DNA from: Octopus vulgaris
Taxonomy: Eukaryota
Assembly (NCBI GenBank): GCA_951406725.2
Contig: OX597820.1
Location: 20,026,001-20,090,000, forward strand
Direction of reading: 5' to 3'
Length of the DNA stretch: 64,000 bases
In this document: positions 41,301 through 56,374 of the stretch, in pieces
How the letters are laid out: each line of letters begins with the position of its first letter
How positions within the stretch are numbered: position 1 is the first letter of the stretch
Translations under genes and position numbers: made by a program
The notes under the pieces: model-generated
Database searches by the model: none
Told to the model about the DNA's origin: nothing
The model's input: the letters and a program-made list of their open reading frames with translations, nothing else

Positions 41301-44300
41301 ATGTGTGTGTGTGCGTGTGTGTGTGTGTGTGGGTGGGTGTGTGGGTTGGTTGGTTTTCTGTGTATATTTGTGTGCGTGTCTGTGTTTGTCCCCCCCACCA
41401 TCATTTGACAACTGATGTGGATGTGTTTACATCCCTGTAACTTAGTAGTTCGGCAAAAGAAACCGATAGAATAAGTACTAGGCTTACAAAGAATAAATCC
41501 TGGGGTCGATCTGCTCGACTAAAGGCGGTGCTCCAGCATGGCCGCAGTCAAATGACTGAAGCAAGTAAAAGAATAAAAGAATAAAAGAATGTTGTGGCTG
41601 GCTATCAGAATTGAGTCCCTGGACCTGTAAAGCCCCTGGGCAACTGCCCATTGTCCCCATGCTTTAAGATGGCACTTCATAAACGTATCTGAAGTAGTAG
41701 GAATTCTTCACAACAAGATTTCACAAAAAAAACATTTACTCAGGAAACAACATTTATCAATAAATCTATTGCTTGTTTTAGTTTTAGAAAGCAGTTGTGT
41801 TGTGGAGTAGCGTTTTTCGTGAACTGTGTAGGGATTGAAATGGGTTTGATTATTGTTCAGTTCCTTCATTTGCAGTGATAATAAATACCTCTTGCTTAGA
41901 ATTCATAATACTATGTCTATTATGGTACTTCCCTACATACGATTCAAATTTTTCAGACCAAAATTTACAAAAGGCCCAGGCGTAGCTGTGTGGTAAGAAG
42001 ATTTGGTAGACGGAAACTGAAAGAAGCCTGTTGCATATATATATATATCACCATCCTCTCCCACCATTTCCAATGAAGGGATATAATTAATAAATGTCCT
42101 GGGAGCAGCTGTAAGACCTTCTATCTATAAATGTTTTAATATCTACACGGCCTTGATTTATTTATCTCATTATGCAAAAAATTCTTATATTTACTCATTT
42201 ACTGGTTTCAGTCATTTGACTGTGGCCATGCTGGAGCACCGTCTTTAGTCGAGGAAATCGACCCCAGGACTTATTCTTTGTCAGCCTAGTACTTATTCTA
42301 TCGGTCTCTTTTGCCGAACCACTAAGTTACAGGGACGTAAACACACCAGCATCGGTTGTCAAGCGATGTTGGTGGGGACAAACACAACACACAAACATAC
42401 ACACATATATATATATATATATACATATATACAATGGGCTTCTTTCAGTTTCCGTCTACCAAATCCACTCACAAGGCTTTGGTCGGCCCGAAACTATAGT
42501 AGAAGACACTTGCCCAAGGTGTCACGCAGTGGCACTGAACCCGGAACCATGTGGTTCGTAAGCAAGCTACTTACCACACAGCCACTCCTACGCCTATATA
42601 TATATATATATATAAAATTTATTCCATTATGTGAAGACTATGTTGCAAGAGAACTTTCTGGAAATGAAGCAGTGTTTCCAGTTTACAATAACTAACTGGC
42701 AATGACTGTTCCACTTGATCAAATCAATGGAACAGCCTGCTTATGAAGTTAAGTATGAGTGGCTGTGTGGTAAGAAGCTTGCTCCCCGACCTCATGGTTT
42801 TAGGTTCAGTCCCACTGCATGGCACCTTGGGCAAGTGTCTTCTACTATAGCCTCAGGCTGAACAAAGCCTTGTGAGTTGATTTGGTAAACGGAAACTGAA
42901 AGAAGCCCATCGTATTAATATATATATATATAGTATGTATATATATATATTTGTATGTGTGTGTGTTTGTCCCCCCACCAACTGATGTTGTTGTATTTAT
43001 GTCTCCGAAGCTTAGCGGTTCGGCAAAAGAGACCGATAGAATAAGTACTAAGCTTGCAAAGAATAAGTCCTGGGATCAGTTTGTTCAACTAAAGGCGGTG
43101 CTCCAGCATGGCCACAGTCAAATGACTGAAACAAGTAAAAGAATAAAAGAACCTCTACTGAAAGTATTTAATTCTCAAAGGCCAATTAAAATTTCGTAAA
43201 ACTGTGGCAAGATAACGAGAAAACTGTATCAATAAAATGCTAGGCTTAATGCAGCAAGCTGGCAGAAACGTTAGCATGCCAGGCGAAATTCTTAGTGGTG
43301 TTTCGCCTGTCTTTACGCTGTGAGTTCAAATTCCACCGAGGTCGACTTTACCTTTCATCCTTTCAGGGTCGATAAATTAAGTACCTGTTGCATACTGAGG
43401 TCGATCTAATTGACTGCCCCCTCCCCCCAAAATTTCGGGTCTTGTGCCTAGAGTAGAAAACAATAAAATGCTAGGCTATCAGTTAAAGCAGTGGTTTTCA
43501 ACCATACATTTTTATCTATGGACCTCTCTGATAACTAATTATTCTAATTTAGTCACCCATAGTCATACTATTTTTAAAGTTTAGTTCTATAGAAACCTCT
43601 TTTAAATTCCTATTTTGCTTTTCACACCATTAACTTGTGTAGGTTGAACAATTTAAAATGTTAGAGAAAGAAACCTGTCTGTTTCTTACAATATATACCA
43701 AGACATACATCAAAAGAAAGGGGGTTCTCAACCATCTTTATCTATGGACCCTTTTGATTATTATTTTATTATGATGGACCCCATAGCCATTCGATGTTTA
43801 AAACTAGTTTTATAGAAACTTCTTTCAAAATTCCTATTTTGTTTTTCACACCATTCACTTTTGTAGGTTGAGAAAGAAATGTTAGAGAAAGAAACCTGGC
43901 TGTTTCTCGCAGAAAATACCAAGACATAGATCTAAAGCTAAATTTCTTCAGGTTCTCAACCGTTTTCTATTAATAATAATAAAAATAATAACGTCGAAAA
44001 ATACCTTAGAAATAAGAACCCAGATTTGAAATTTCCCCAAGATATCTGACTAAAAGGCTGGAGGGTATATCAGCCGAAACGTGTTAACAACAAACAAGAT
44101 GAGGACAAATATTCATCAAATGTAAACAATGTAAATAATGTACACAATTTACTATTTTATTGCATGGACCCCCAAAAATCTCATATGGGCCCTCGTTGAA
44201 ATAAGCATTAATTTCTTATTCCTTATTGTCCACTAGCTCCAACATAATATCTTCTGTGACATTTGAATGGTTCAACGGTGCCAGAAAATTAACTCTTACA

Positions 44301-45102
44301 AGCAATAAGCATTTAATCTTCATAAAAATGATTACAAACATACAATACCTCTTGAAGTTTTGAAAGTATGATCTTTTGAAGGTCGTGAGGAGTGTCTTGC
44401 TTCCCAGCCAGAGCCTAATTTCCAATCAAAATCATCATCTTTCATCTGATCCATTCTGTTACGGCTTTCAAAATTATAATATTTACCACTTCCAATAGCT
44501 GCCTCTGAAATAGGATTTAAAAGAACAAAAACAAAATTTAAGTAAAAAATTTAATCATAAGGCATGGTAAGAAGCTGTTTTCCCAACCACGCGATCCTGG
44601 GTTCAGTCCCACTGTGTAGCACCTAGGGCAAGTGTCTTCTACAATAGCTTAAGGCTGACCAAAACCTTCTGTGAGGATTTGGCAGATGGAAACTGAAATA
44701 AACGTGTTGTATATTTATATATATATATAAAGCTGAAGTTGTCTGTGTATTGCAGGTTTGGTAGCCTTCAACTAACGCTATCTCCTCTGAGACCCTGCAG
44801 CGCAAGTTGACCAAAATTGAGAGTATGATAGAAGGCTTGCTCTTCCTTCCGTAGAAGAAAAAATTCAAATCGGACTATGTTAACACCAAAAATTATTTAC
44901 ATCAAAAAGGTGTATTTTTTTCTATGAAAATCCCTATTTTTTACGATTTTTTGACTGCTGTGTCGCCGTTTTCGTGTATTTCAACCAGAAAAATGTTCAC
45001 TTAAAGACAATAACAAACTACATAATGCAAAATTTTTACCTCTCAAAAATTCCAATTCAAAAGGGTCGAAACAAACCCGAGCAACACTGGGCGATACTGC
45101 TA

Positions 45103-45147
<45 letters not shown>

Positions 45148-48100
45148 CTTGTGTATGTTTGTCCCCTACTGCCACTTGACATTTGGTGTTGATGTGTTTA
45201 TGCCCCTGTAACTTAGCAGTTCAGCAAAAGAAACTAATGAAATAAGTCCAGGCTTAAAAACAAAAATAAGTCCTGAGCTTGATTTACTTGACTAAAACCC
45301 TTCAACACTGTGCCCCAGCATGGCCATAGCCAAGTGACAGAAACAAGTAAAAGATTAAAGATAAGAGATAATACTTTTATGGTTAATTTTATCCTAGTCG
45401 TCATTGTCATCATAGTTGCCCATCTTTGTTTTACCATCCACTTTTTCTGCTGCTAACACAGGCCAGATGGAATTCATTTAGGCAGATTTGATTTTCTATG
45501 GCTCTGGAAGTGTGCTGTGCGCGAGAAGACCTGGCAGGACAAGTGAGTCCATAACCCGTGGCCTTCTACATGGGATGGAGCCAGCCTACGTATGCATACC
45601 TTCCCTTCTTGGGACACAAAACTCTACTTGTGAAGACCTGTTGAGGCAAGTGAGGATCAGAATCGAAATCGATCAATGGAAATTGCAGATGTGTTACCAG
45701 TGCTGGTGGCATGTAAGAGAACCTTCCATTTCGCGACCGTTGCCAGCACCGCCCCGTTTCGTGTCCGTTGCTAGCCTCACCTGGCCCTCGTGCCAGTGGC
45801 ACATAAAAAGCACCATCCGTTCGTGGCCGTTTGCCAGCTCTGTCTGGCACCTGTGTGGGTGGCACGTAAAAAGCACCCACTACACTCACGGAGTGGTTGG
45901 CGTTAGGAAGGGCATCCAGCTGTAGAAACTCTGCCAGATCTGACTGGGCCTGATGAAGCCTTCTGGCTTCACAGACCCCAGTTGAACCGTCCAACCCATG
46001 CTAGCATGGAAAACGAACGCTAAACGATGATGATGATGATGATGATGCTCTCCCCATTGCTGACCATCGTCTATTTCCATGAAAGGCAATATTTTTTTTA
46101 TCACCTGCTGTGTTTCCATAGAAGATTGAAAACAAACAACACCACACTTGTTTGATGGTAACAGTCATTATTTGCAACCACCACGTGACCTGAAGGCGAA
46201 GGAAAATAACCCTAACATGCTCTCACACACAAACAGAGGACAACCTTCTTTTGGCTTTTATTTACCTAGCATTCCTAAGGCTTTAGTTTGCCCTGGGCTA
46301 CAATAGAAGTCATAGTACCATGAAGTGGTACTCATTTATCCACTTGTGGAGCTAGGGGTGGGTGGGCAAGGGCAGTCCTCCTTGGGCAGCACTTTTAAAG
46401 GGGCTGTAAACAATATCTGTTTTCTGTGGGGTCTGGGGGCAGCAAGAGAAGGGCTGCCCCAGATGGCACACATTCTAGCTATGCTAGTGCATCTATCTGT
46501 CTCTTTCTTTCATTCCACCAAAAGTTTTGAAAGAGTCTAAGAACAGGTGTTCCTCTATTCATCATCAGCATCATCATTATCCTCATCACTATTATTTAAC
46601 ACACACTCTTCCATGCTTGCATAGGTGAAGCAGAATTTGTTGAGGCAGGTTTTCTACAGCCAGATGCCCTTCCTGTTGCCTGTTGCTACCTATTTCCAAG
46701 CACGGTTTTTACTTCCCAAAATGGCCTGACACGTTTTTCATGGGAAAACTGGGTATGAACAACACTGCTTATATGACAAGGATATTCATTTACAACCATT
46801 ACATGAAGCTGAGACAATTGTACACACACATCAGACATTTGACTGTGGCCATGATGGTGCACCACCTTTAGTTGAACAAATCGACCCCAGGACTTATTCT
46901 TTGTAAGCCGAGTACTTATTCTATCGGACTCTTGTGCTGAACCACTAAGTTACAGGGACATAAACACACCAAGCAATGCTGGTGGGGGGACAAACACACA
47001 CACACACACAGGGTGCATAAGGTATTTGAGGACATACCTTTTTGGTTCATTGCTGCATTTTTCACTAACTCTGTATAATCTTTGTTTCAGAAAATAATGA
47101 TGACAGACACTCAGTTTGCTCAAGAAATGAAGATGCATGCTGTTATTGTGGTTATAAAGGCTAAGCATAGCAATTTAGAAATAACTTAATTTTTATGTTG
47201 CCAGATCTTTCGTCTATAAAGTTTGTAAGGAGTTGGAGACTGAAGACGGAGATGTATCACTAGTATCAAAGCATAAAAAGCGTTCTAAATGCTCCAAAAT
47301 CATCAGAACACCTGAATTTATCCAGTAAGTTCAACAGAACATTGACTACAATCCCAGAAAGTCCATGAGGTCAATTGCAAAAGATCTCCATGTGTCAGAA
47401 GGAATAGTCAGAAATGTTGTCCACGAAGACTTCAGATATTAGTCTTATATGATGAGGAAAGGTCAATTTTTTAGTAAAAGCAAAAGAAAATCAATACATC
47501 ATATGTGAAAGGCTTTTAAACAAACTGAAAAATCCAGCAGAAGAAGATTTGTTTTGGTTTTTCTCAAACAAGAAAAACTTCGACCAAGATCAAAAAGTTA
47601 ACAGAAGAAATGACAGATGGTTATGTGCAGACACTTCTGAAGTCCCAAGTGTTATGCATACAAAATTTCCTGCAACTATCATGGTTTTAGGGGTTGACAG
47701 CAATGAAGGACATGTGATGCCTTCTTACTTCTTTTCACAAGGCTTTAGTGTTAACTCTGCCACCTACATTGAGGTCCTGCAAACAATTGTTAAGCCCTGG
47801 ATAGACAGTGTATACAATGGAAGGCCAGTTATTATCTGTTATTATATATCTGTGTTTTTTTCAAAAAACATAAATCTGTCCTCAAATATCTTACACACCC
47901 AATATATATATGACGAGCTTCTTTCAGTTTCCGTCTACCAAATCTACTCACAAGAATTTGGTTGACTCGAGGCAAGAAGACATTTTCCCAAGGTGCCAAG
48001 CAGTGAGACTGAACCCAGAACCATGTAGTTAGTAAGCAAACTACTTACCGCACAGCCACTACGATTATGAATATTTTGTTTAAAATATCAAAGAAAGCAA

Positions 48101-50215
48101 ACCCGATTTTCTGGGATCAAGCAATGTTACTTACGTCTTGTGCAAAATCCTTCATTTACAGCAACATCATCAATGGCAATGTCCCCTCGATTTCCTCTGC
48201 CCCTGGTTGCTTCTAAAATAATCTGTTTCGAACATTATGAAAGAAAAACGTTTATTGAAGAATTTTCAAATGTAATGTCATTTTAGATCATTTCTAGCAA
48301 AACATTTTTGTCCATTTTCTGTTTATTAAAAAAAACTATTTCAGTTCAAAAGATTTGAGCCTTTACAGGTACATGTATACTAGGGTGGAGTGAAAATCAA
48401 AAAAAAGAATTGTAAAAACTGAAAATGCCTGTGGTCTAAAATATTGCTTTTTTTAATTACAAGAAAAATGCTAGATTTTTGCTGAGATCAATCAAGGGCA
48501 TTTATTCCCTCAAGCCCTCTAAACTCCACAAATGGGGGATTTTTGTAAATCTTTTACAATAGTGGAGTTTGGTGAGCAAGAATTTAGGATTTTTCTAGTA
48601 ATAATATATAGCAAGATTTTAGGCCTCAAGCATTTTCAATTTCTACAATTTTTTGAGTATACATTGTCAAAAACAATTGTTTTTGAGTATACATTGTCTG
48701 GGAGATTCTTCTTATAGTAGAGGAAATAGCTAAATTCTTTGGCTGCTATTTCTAAAAGTTCGGTATGTGGCAATGCAAATTTTTTTGCTGAACCCTAATT
48801 ATATAAAGTAATGTTTAAGTTTACTGTAAATGGTTTTTTTAACATACTGAACACTGCTTGGTAAAAATATTAATTACTAATTAATTAATTAATTTTACCC
48901 TTTATTATTACATATACATATATACATATATATATATATAAAACTTAAAGAAAAGGAAACTTACATTGAATGGAGATAGTGTCTGAAACTGAACCTGGGC
49001 CTGGTTCCATCGCCTTCCACTTGATCCAGACTTGGCAAATATTTGTTGAGGTGAGTTAGACCCAGACATGACATAAATTTTAAGGTCTTTGATATCACTG
49101 CCATACATATAGTAATATATGCTCACACATACCATGCCGACTGATTTGACCAGGGGACTGACCAGTCGAGCCTTTTGACCATTTCGTTTGTTAGATGCTT
49201 CAATGTAAAGATAATGGCCCTCTGGACAAAAGAATGAAAGAAACAATTGGTTAGTAAAATCATTGTCGTTGTCATCATCATCATTGTTGTCATCATCGTT
49301 ATCGTCGTCATTGTAATTGTCGTTGTCGTTGTCATCATTGCTATAATCATCAGCACTGTCGTCATCATCGTCATCGCCATTGTCGTTGTCATCACCCCCT
49401 CCTCCCACCAACACCACCACCACCACCATCTTCACAACCACCACCACCACCACCACCATCATTTTCACCATCATTATTATCATCAGCATCATAATCATCA
49501 TTGTCATAGTTGGCATCATCATCATCATCATCAATGAGATTGTAATCGTCGTTATTGCTATCATCCCCAACCACCATCACTACCAACACCACCACCATCA
49601 TCATCGTTGTCATCGTCATCACCACCACCACGAGTCCGCTACTCTAACCACTAGGCCATGTGCCTCCACTTATCCTAACTTACTGATTCAAAAAGAAAAA
49701 GAAATACTTAAATAAAATCATTTCGATATTTCATACATATTTTTTCCCGTTGATATTTGTTTTAATCCACTTAAGGACGTAATATTTGTTTTAATCCACT
49801 TAAGGACGTAATCATGGACCTTTAATTCTTAGACCAGCCAGCAAGTTACATTATTGACCAAGGTATGAGATTTCTCATTGCTCGAGTTTACTTCATTGAG
49901 ATGAAGACCAGCCCAGCTCTGGCGCAGCCCTCTCTCCATATCAAGCAACCACAAGTAGGATAATTTTTCTGGGCCACGACTGAGAGGACCACGAAGATGT
50001 ATAGTCCTATTCTTTTATTCTTTTACTTGTTTCAGTCATTTGACTGCGGCCATGCTGGAGCACCGCCTTTAGTCGAGCAAATCGACCCCGGGACTTATTC
50101 TTTGTAAGCCCAGTACTTATTCTATCAGTCTCTTTTGCCGAACTGCTAAGTGATGGGGATGTAAACACACCAGCATTGGTTGTCAAGCAATGCTAGGGGG
50201 ACAAACACAGACATA

Positions 50216-50264
<49 letters not shown>

Positions 50265-50716
50265 TTATACATATACATATATACGACAGGCTTCTTTCAG
50301 TTTCCATCTACCAAATCCACTCACAAGGCATTGGTCGGCCTTAATTAGTCACCAAGTTGTCTTTCATAAGCTCCTTGAATGTGATCATAAAACAGATAAA
50401 ATAACAATTAGCAACTCACTTCCACCATGATCAGATGAAGGTCCAGTGCCCCAGGTTTGTGTTTTGCCAGCCATTTCACTCCAGTCAAAGTCATCTTGCG
50501 GATCTTGGGTCCAACCACATATTCCGTCGTCAAAGGAACAATTGAATGGTTTTGTAGTTTCTGAAACAGAGGCAAGTTATTAAAGAAAACAGTTAATGGG
50601 GTACCTCAGTGTGAACATAGATGCAAAAGATAAGCTGAGAAAAAAAAAACCCTTGAATGGGAAAAAAACAAAACAAAACAAAGGGCTAAATTCACAGGAC
50701 TTGAACATTGCAAATT

Positions 50717-50775
<59 letters not shown>

Positions 50776-50864
50776 CAATAATAATAATAATAATAACAAC
50801 AACAACAACAATAATAATAATAATAATAACTATAACAATAATAATAATAATAATAATAATGATA

Positions 50865-50896
<32 letters not shown>

Positions 50897-50936
50897 CATA
50901 ATAATAATATTAATAATGATAATAATGATAAAAATG

Positions 50937-50997
<61 letters not shown>

Positions 50998-51077
50998 TAA
51001 TAATGATAATAATGATAATAATGATAATAATAATAATGATAATAATGATAATGATAATAATGATAAGGATAATAATG

Positions 51078-51150
<73 letters not shown>

Positions 51151-51167
51151 TAAAAATGATAATAATG

Positions 51168-51213
<46 letters not shown>

Positions 51214-51227
51214 TAATAATAATAATG

Positions 51228-51288
<61 letters not shown>

Positions 51289-51293
51289 TAATA

Positions 51294-51366
<73 letters not shown>

Positions 51367-52646
51367 TAATAATAATTGTTTGATCTTAACCAGTTGAGCA
51401 TGTCCCTTTGTGGCTGATGATATGTGCATCTCTGATCACGAGCAGAAGTAGTGGAGGAGCATCATAGCCATGTGTTGAGAGGGATTCTTTGGAGTTTGAA
51501 TAATTCACCTCTGGAAACATGGGTGGTTCTTTCAACATCCTTAAACAACCCGTATTCAGAGACCTTTTGAGCGGGATGGGCTACTCGACCTGAAGAAAAT
51601 TCTTACTGGGCCCCACCTGCAAGGTCGTGCTGTTTATCTTGATATGAGATCACCATCTCGCGCACATATGGTTGTGATGCATGTGCCTGATGTACCTTTA
51701 TCAGACGGGTAGTCATGATGGGTATATTGGGCTTCGTATATTTTATCCCAGTGTCACTTTGATGGCATGCACTGCTTTCTCACTCAATAATAATAATGAT
51801 AATAATAATAATGATAACAACAACAACAACAACAATAATGATCCTTTCTACTATAAGCACAAGGCCTGAAATATTTGGGGAGGGGGCCAGTCAATTAGAT
51901 CGACCCCAATAATGTACATAATTCCTCATCTCTTAAATATAGAACTGTAAAGATTGATTTGCTGACAAGAAACGTCAACAAACATAATTTTTTCCAGCTG
52001 TAGCTTTGTGTAGATTGTAAACGTTGACACATATAAACACATAAGACATTTCTTGTCTCAGGGCAGAGTAGAAGCCATTTACTCAAGTTTACCACAAGGT
52101 GGGATGGAAGCTAATGCTATCGTGATTGAAGAAGTGAGTTTCATAACTACATAAGTATGATAATACCTGTGTCTGCTCACCAACCACATGGTTCTGGGTT
52201 CAGTCCCACTGCGTGGCACTTTGGACAAGTGTCTTCTACTATAGCCTCAGGCCAATGAAAGCCTTGGGAGTGGATTTGATAGACGGAAACTGAAAGAAGC
52301 CCGTCGTATATATGTATGTGTGCGTGTATGTTTATTTGTCTGTGTTTGTCCTCCCAGCATCGCTTGACAACAGATGGTGGTGTGTTTGCATCCCCGTAAC
52401 TTACTGCTTCGGCAAAAGAGACCGATAAAATAAGTACTAGGCTTACAAAGAATAAGTCCTCGGGTCGATTTGCTCGACTAAAGGTGGTGCTCCAGCATGG
52501 CCACAGTCAAATGACTGAAACAAGTAAAAGAGTGAAAAGAGAGTAAAGAGTATAATGCTGATTAATTTTAAAATTGCTTCAGAAAAAAAGAATATTATTC
52601 TATTCAATAAATGAATATAATAATAACGAGCTGCAAACAAGTTCCA

Positions 52647-52682
<36 letters not shown>

Positions 52683-53818
52683 CAGTTCAGATAATATCAT
52701 CATCATCATCATCATCATCGTTTAACGTCCGCTTTCCATGCTGGCATGGGTTGGACGGTTCAACTGGGGTCTAGGGAGCCCGAAGGCTGCACCAGGCCAG
52801 TCAGATCTGGCAGTGTTTCTACAGCTGGATGCCCTTCCTAACGCCAACCACTCCGAGAGTGTAGTGGGTGATTTTATGTGCCACCGACCCAGGTGCCAGA
52901 CGTGGCTGGCGAATGGCCACGCTCGGATGGTGTTTTTTATGTGCCACCGACACAGGTGCCAGACGAGGCTGGCGAACGGCCACGCTCGGATGGTGTTTTT
53001 TATGTGCCACCGACACAGGTGCCAGACGAGGCTGGCGAACGGCCACGATCGGATGGTGTTTGTTACGTGCCCACCGCACGGAGGCCAGTCGATGCGGTAC
53101 TGGCTACGGCCATGTTCGGATGGTTTTCTTATGTGCCACCAGCACTGGTACCACAAAGATACAAATTCCATTGATGTTCATTTATTTTGATTTGGTTTGA
53201 TATATAAATACATATGTAAAGTATTAGTAATTTAAAAATTATATATTATCTGAACTGTTTAAAATAAATAAATAGATATAATATAATGTCTAACAGATGA
53301 TGAATTCGACCTCTGGACTCCCTCCATTTTCTTCTTACCATATAAATTAAGGGTAAAACCACTTATTACCCTCGCCTAATTATTATACTCAGTAGGGTAA
53401 TTGCCACACAATAACCAACACTTGTGTATTAAATAGGTATTCTACCAGCAGTATATTGGATAGATACTATCCCTTAGTTGGTTGGATTCACAGCCTTTAG
53501 CTTTCTTTGAATTATTTACATATTTATTTGTTTATTTGTGCATTAAGGCTAGCATTGGTTACATGCTAAGAAAAATAAATTAATATCCTAACAATTTTTT
53601 AAGCTGATCACATGGAGGAATGGTGCTCATCTCCAGTTTGGATAAAAACACCATTCCTCCATTATGATCAGCTTGAAAAATTGCTAAGATATTAAGATAT
53701 TTTTAGCATGAAGCCAGTTGTAGCTTTAATACACAAATAAAGAAACTCTATTCACCAATGCAGTATTGAGCACTCATTTTCATCATTCGATATTTATGTG
53801 TGTGTGTATATATGTATA

Positions 53819-53857
<39 letters not shown>

Positions 53858-56300
53858 TCATCATCATCATCGTTTAACGTCCACTTTCCATGCTAGCAAG
53901 TGTTGGACGATTTGACTGAGGTCTGGCAAACCAGATGGCTGCACCAGACTCCAATCTGATCTGGCAGAGTTTCTACAGCTGGACACCCTTCCTAATGCCA
54001 ACCACTCTGAGAGTGTAGTGGGAGCTTTTACGTGCCACTGGCACGAGGGTCAGTGAGGCGGTACTGACAACGGCCAAGCTTAAATGGTGCTTTTCATGTG
54101 CCATCTGCACAGTAGCCAGCCCAGTGGCACTGGCAATGACCTCGCTCAAAAGTTTTTTTTATGTGCCACCAGCACAAGTGCCAGTAAGGTGACACAGGTA
54201 ATGATCATGCTCGAATGGTGTTTTTAACGTGCCATCGGCTTGGAGGCCAGCTTGTTGCTCTGGCCATGATCTCACTCGTATGGTACGCTTAGCACACCAC
54301 TAGCATGGATGCCAGTCTTCGAATTTGATTTCGATTTCACTTGCCTCAACAAGTCTTCGCAAGCAGAGTTTAGTGTCCAATGAAGGAAAGGCACGCATAA
54401 GTGGACTGATATGTATATATTGTAATGCTTACCTGTGTTTTTAGGTGGTATGCCTGTTGGAATGACAACATTGGTGTCCTTTGGAGCTGCAGTGTGTGGT
54501 AGTACTATAAAAGAAAACAAAAGAAAACAATATATAAATATCATCATCATCCTCATCATCACCATTGGTGCTGCCATCACCACCACCACCACCACTATCA
54601 CCATCAATTTATGTTGGCTTTCCATGCCAGCCGCAAGTTGCCCAAGTTGTTACTAGGTGGGTCAAAGAGCAGCTTAATATTTTGTGAATTTTTGTGTATG
54701 TTGCATTGAGACTCAGCTTATAAAGTACTTTTATAGAGCATCATAAGTCTAGAGAAATGGTACTTGGAAGCAGCCAAGAAAAGAATCTAGACATTGTTGA
54801 TGGCAGATACATACAAAAAATGCTAGGGCATCAAATGGAATGACTTTATCTGCAATGGACCTTTCGCAATATGCGGCGCTTGAAGAAGACTCATCAAGCC
54901 AAGTGAAATCGTAGTTGGGGCCATTGTTAGTGCCATGTAAAAAAGGACCTTCTGGAATCGTTGCTAATTCTGAAAGTAACAGAATGAGTTGTTAGTTACT
55001 TGTTTAGCCAATAAATTTGTAAGGACGATGCTGTCACTTATCATTGGTGTAGTGGCATTGGTATTACTATATATATAATTGCAAATTGGATGCGTCAGTG
55101 GATAGGTTGCACCCTTAATTTGGGGTTGTCAAGGTAGGCATTTGTGGTTGACTCACAGATAGGCCACACTATAATCTGGGGAGCTATATGGTTCTTTTTT
55201 AATGTAAATATAACTAACATTTATGAAATACTAGCAGTATCGCCCAGCGTTGCTCGGGTTTGTTTCGACCCTTTAGAATTGGAATTTTTGAAAAGTAAAA
55301 ATTTTGCATTATGTAGCTTGTTATTCTCTTTAAGTGAACATTTTTCTGATTGAAATACACCGAAAAATGGTGACACAGCAGTAAAAAAATCGTAAAAAAT
55401 AGGGATTTTCATAGAAAAAGAGCACCATTTTGATGTAAATAATTTTTGGTGTTAACAGCTTGGAAACTGGAGAGCCCAGGCCCAGGGTATGCTTGAACTC
55501 AGGGTAACGTGGTTGGACTACTGACATGCTGTTGCCTACTTCAGATCCCTGTGGTGTTGATCTCCATGTGTCCAACACACGTGGACATGCCTACAAAGTC
55601 AGAAAACAGCACAGCTCCCATGACTTTCGGAAACATTTTTTCACGCTCAGAGTTGCTGAAGCATGGAATAAATTGCCTGTGTCAGTTGTTGGCTGCCATG
55701 ACACTGCGTCCTTTAAGGCCCTCTTGCTTTCCGAAATCCGCCGAAACTACACCTGATTGTCCCCCTTCCATACTCATACACATATGTGTATGTCATGACT
55801 CATGCACTGTTTTTTCCTGACGCTTGTACATTACCCTATGTACTATGCATACACTTTAGATGAGTTGTAGTGCACCTGAGCACTGTACACAATGTTTTAT
55901 TATTATTATTATTATTATTAGATAGGTTGCACCCCTGATTTTTATCAAAATTTTTGGTAATAAAAAGTACAACCTATCCATGAGTGTATATGGTAGCTAC
56001 TCACCTGAACAATCAGAGTCTTTAAAGATAATATCATCAATGGCTAAGTCCCCTTCGAATGTTCTTCCTCTTGTTGCTTCTATAATTATCTGAGAAAAAT
56101 AAGAATGGTTAGAATAAGACAAAGAAAACTTTGGGTTCATTAATTAGAAACAATTATCTACTATTATAATACTCATGTGTTTTTCTCTGTCACAACATAT
56201 GAACAAGAAAGGAAGGGGTGATGGAAAACTGGTAGTAGGAGCATTTCAACTCTGTGAGTATATGTGCGTGTATGTAAAAGGGAGGTATGTGAATATGTGA

Positions 56301-56374
<74 letters not shown>

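Noticed and set aside
48135-48222. RGD integrin-binding motifs in MAM-2 (and MAM-6, 18068-18149)
   Set aside because: The GD is part of the conserved MAM GDIAIDD strand, so RGD arises easily by chance; no evidence it is exposed.
50606-51429. Poly-N/I/L/Y ORFs, and similar poly-H/D/M/YI ORFs elsewhere
   Set aside because: Microsatellite translations.
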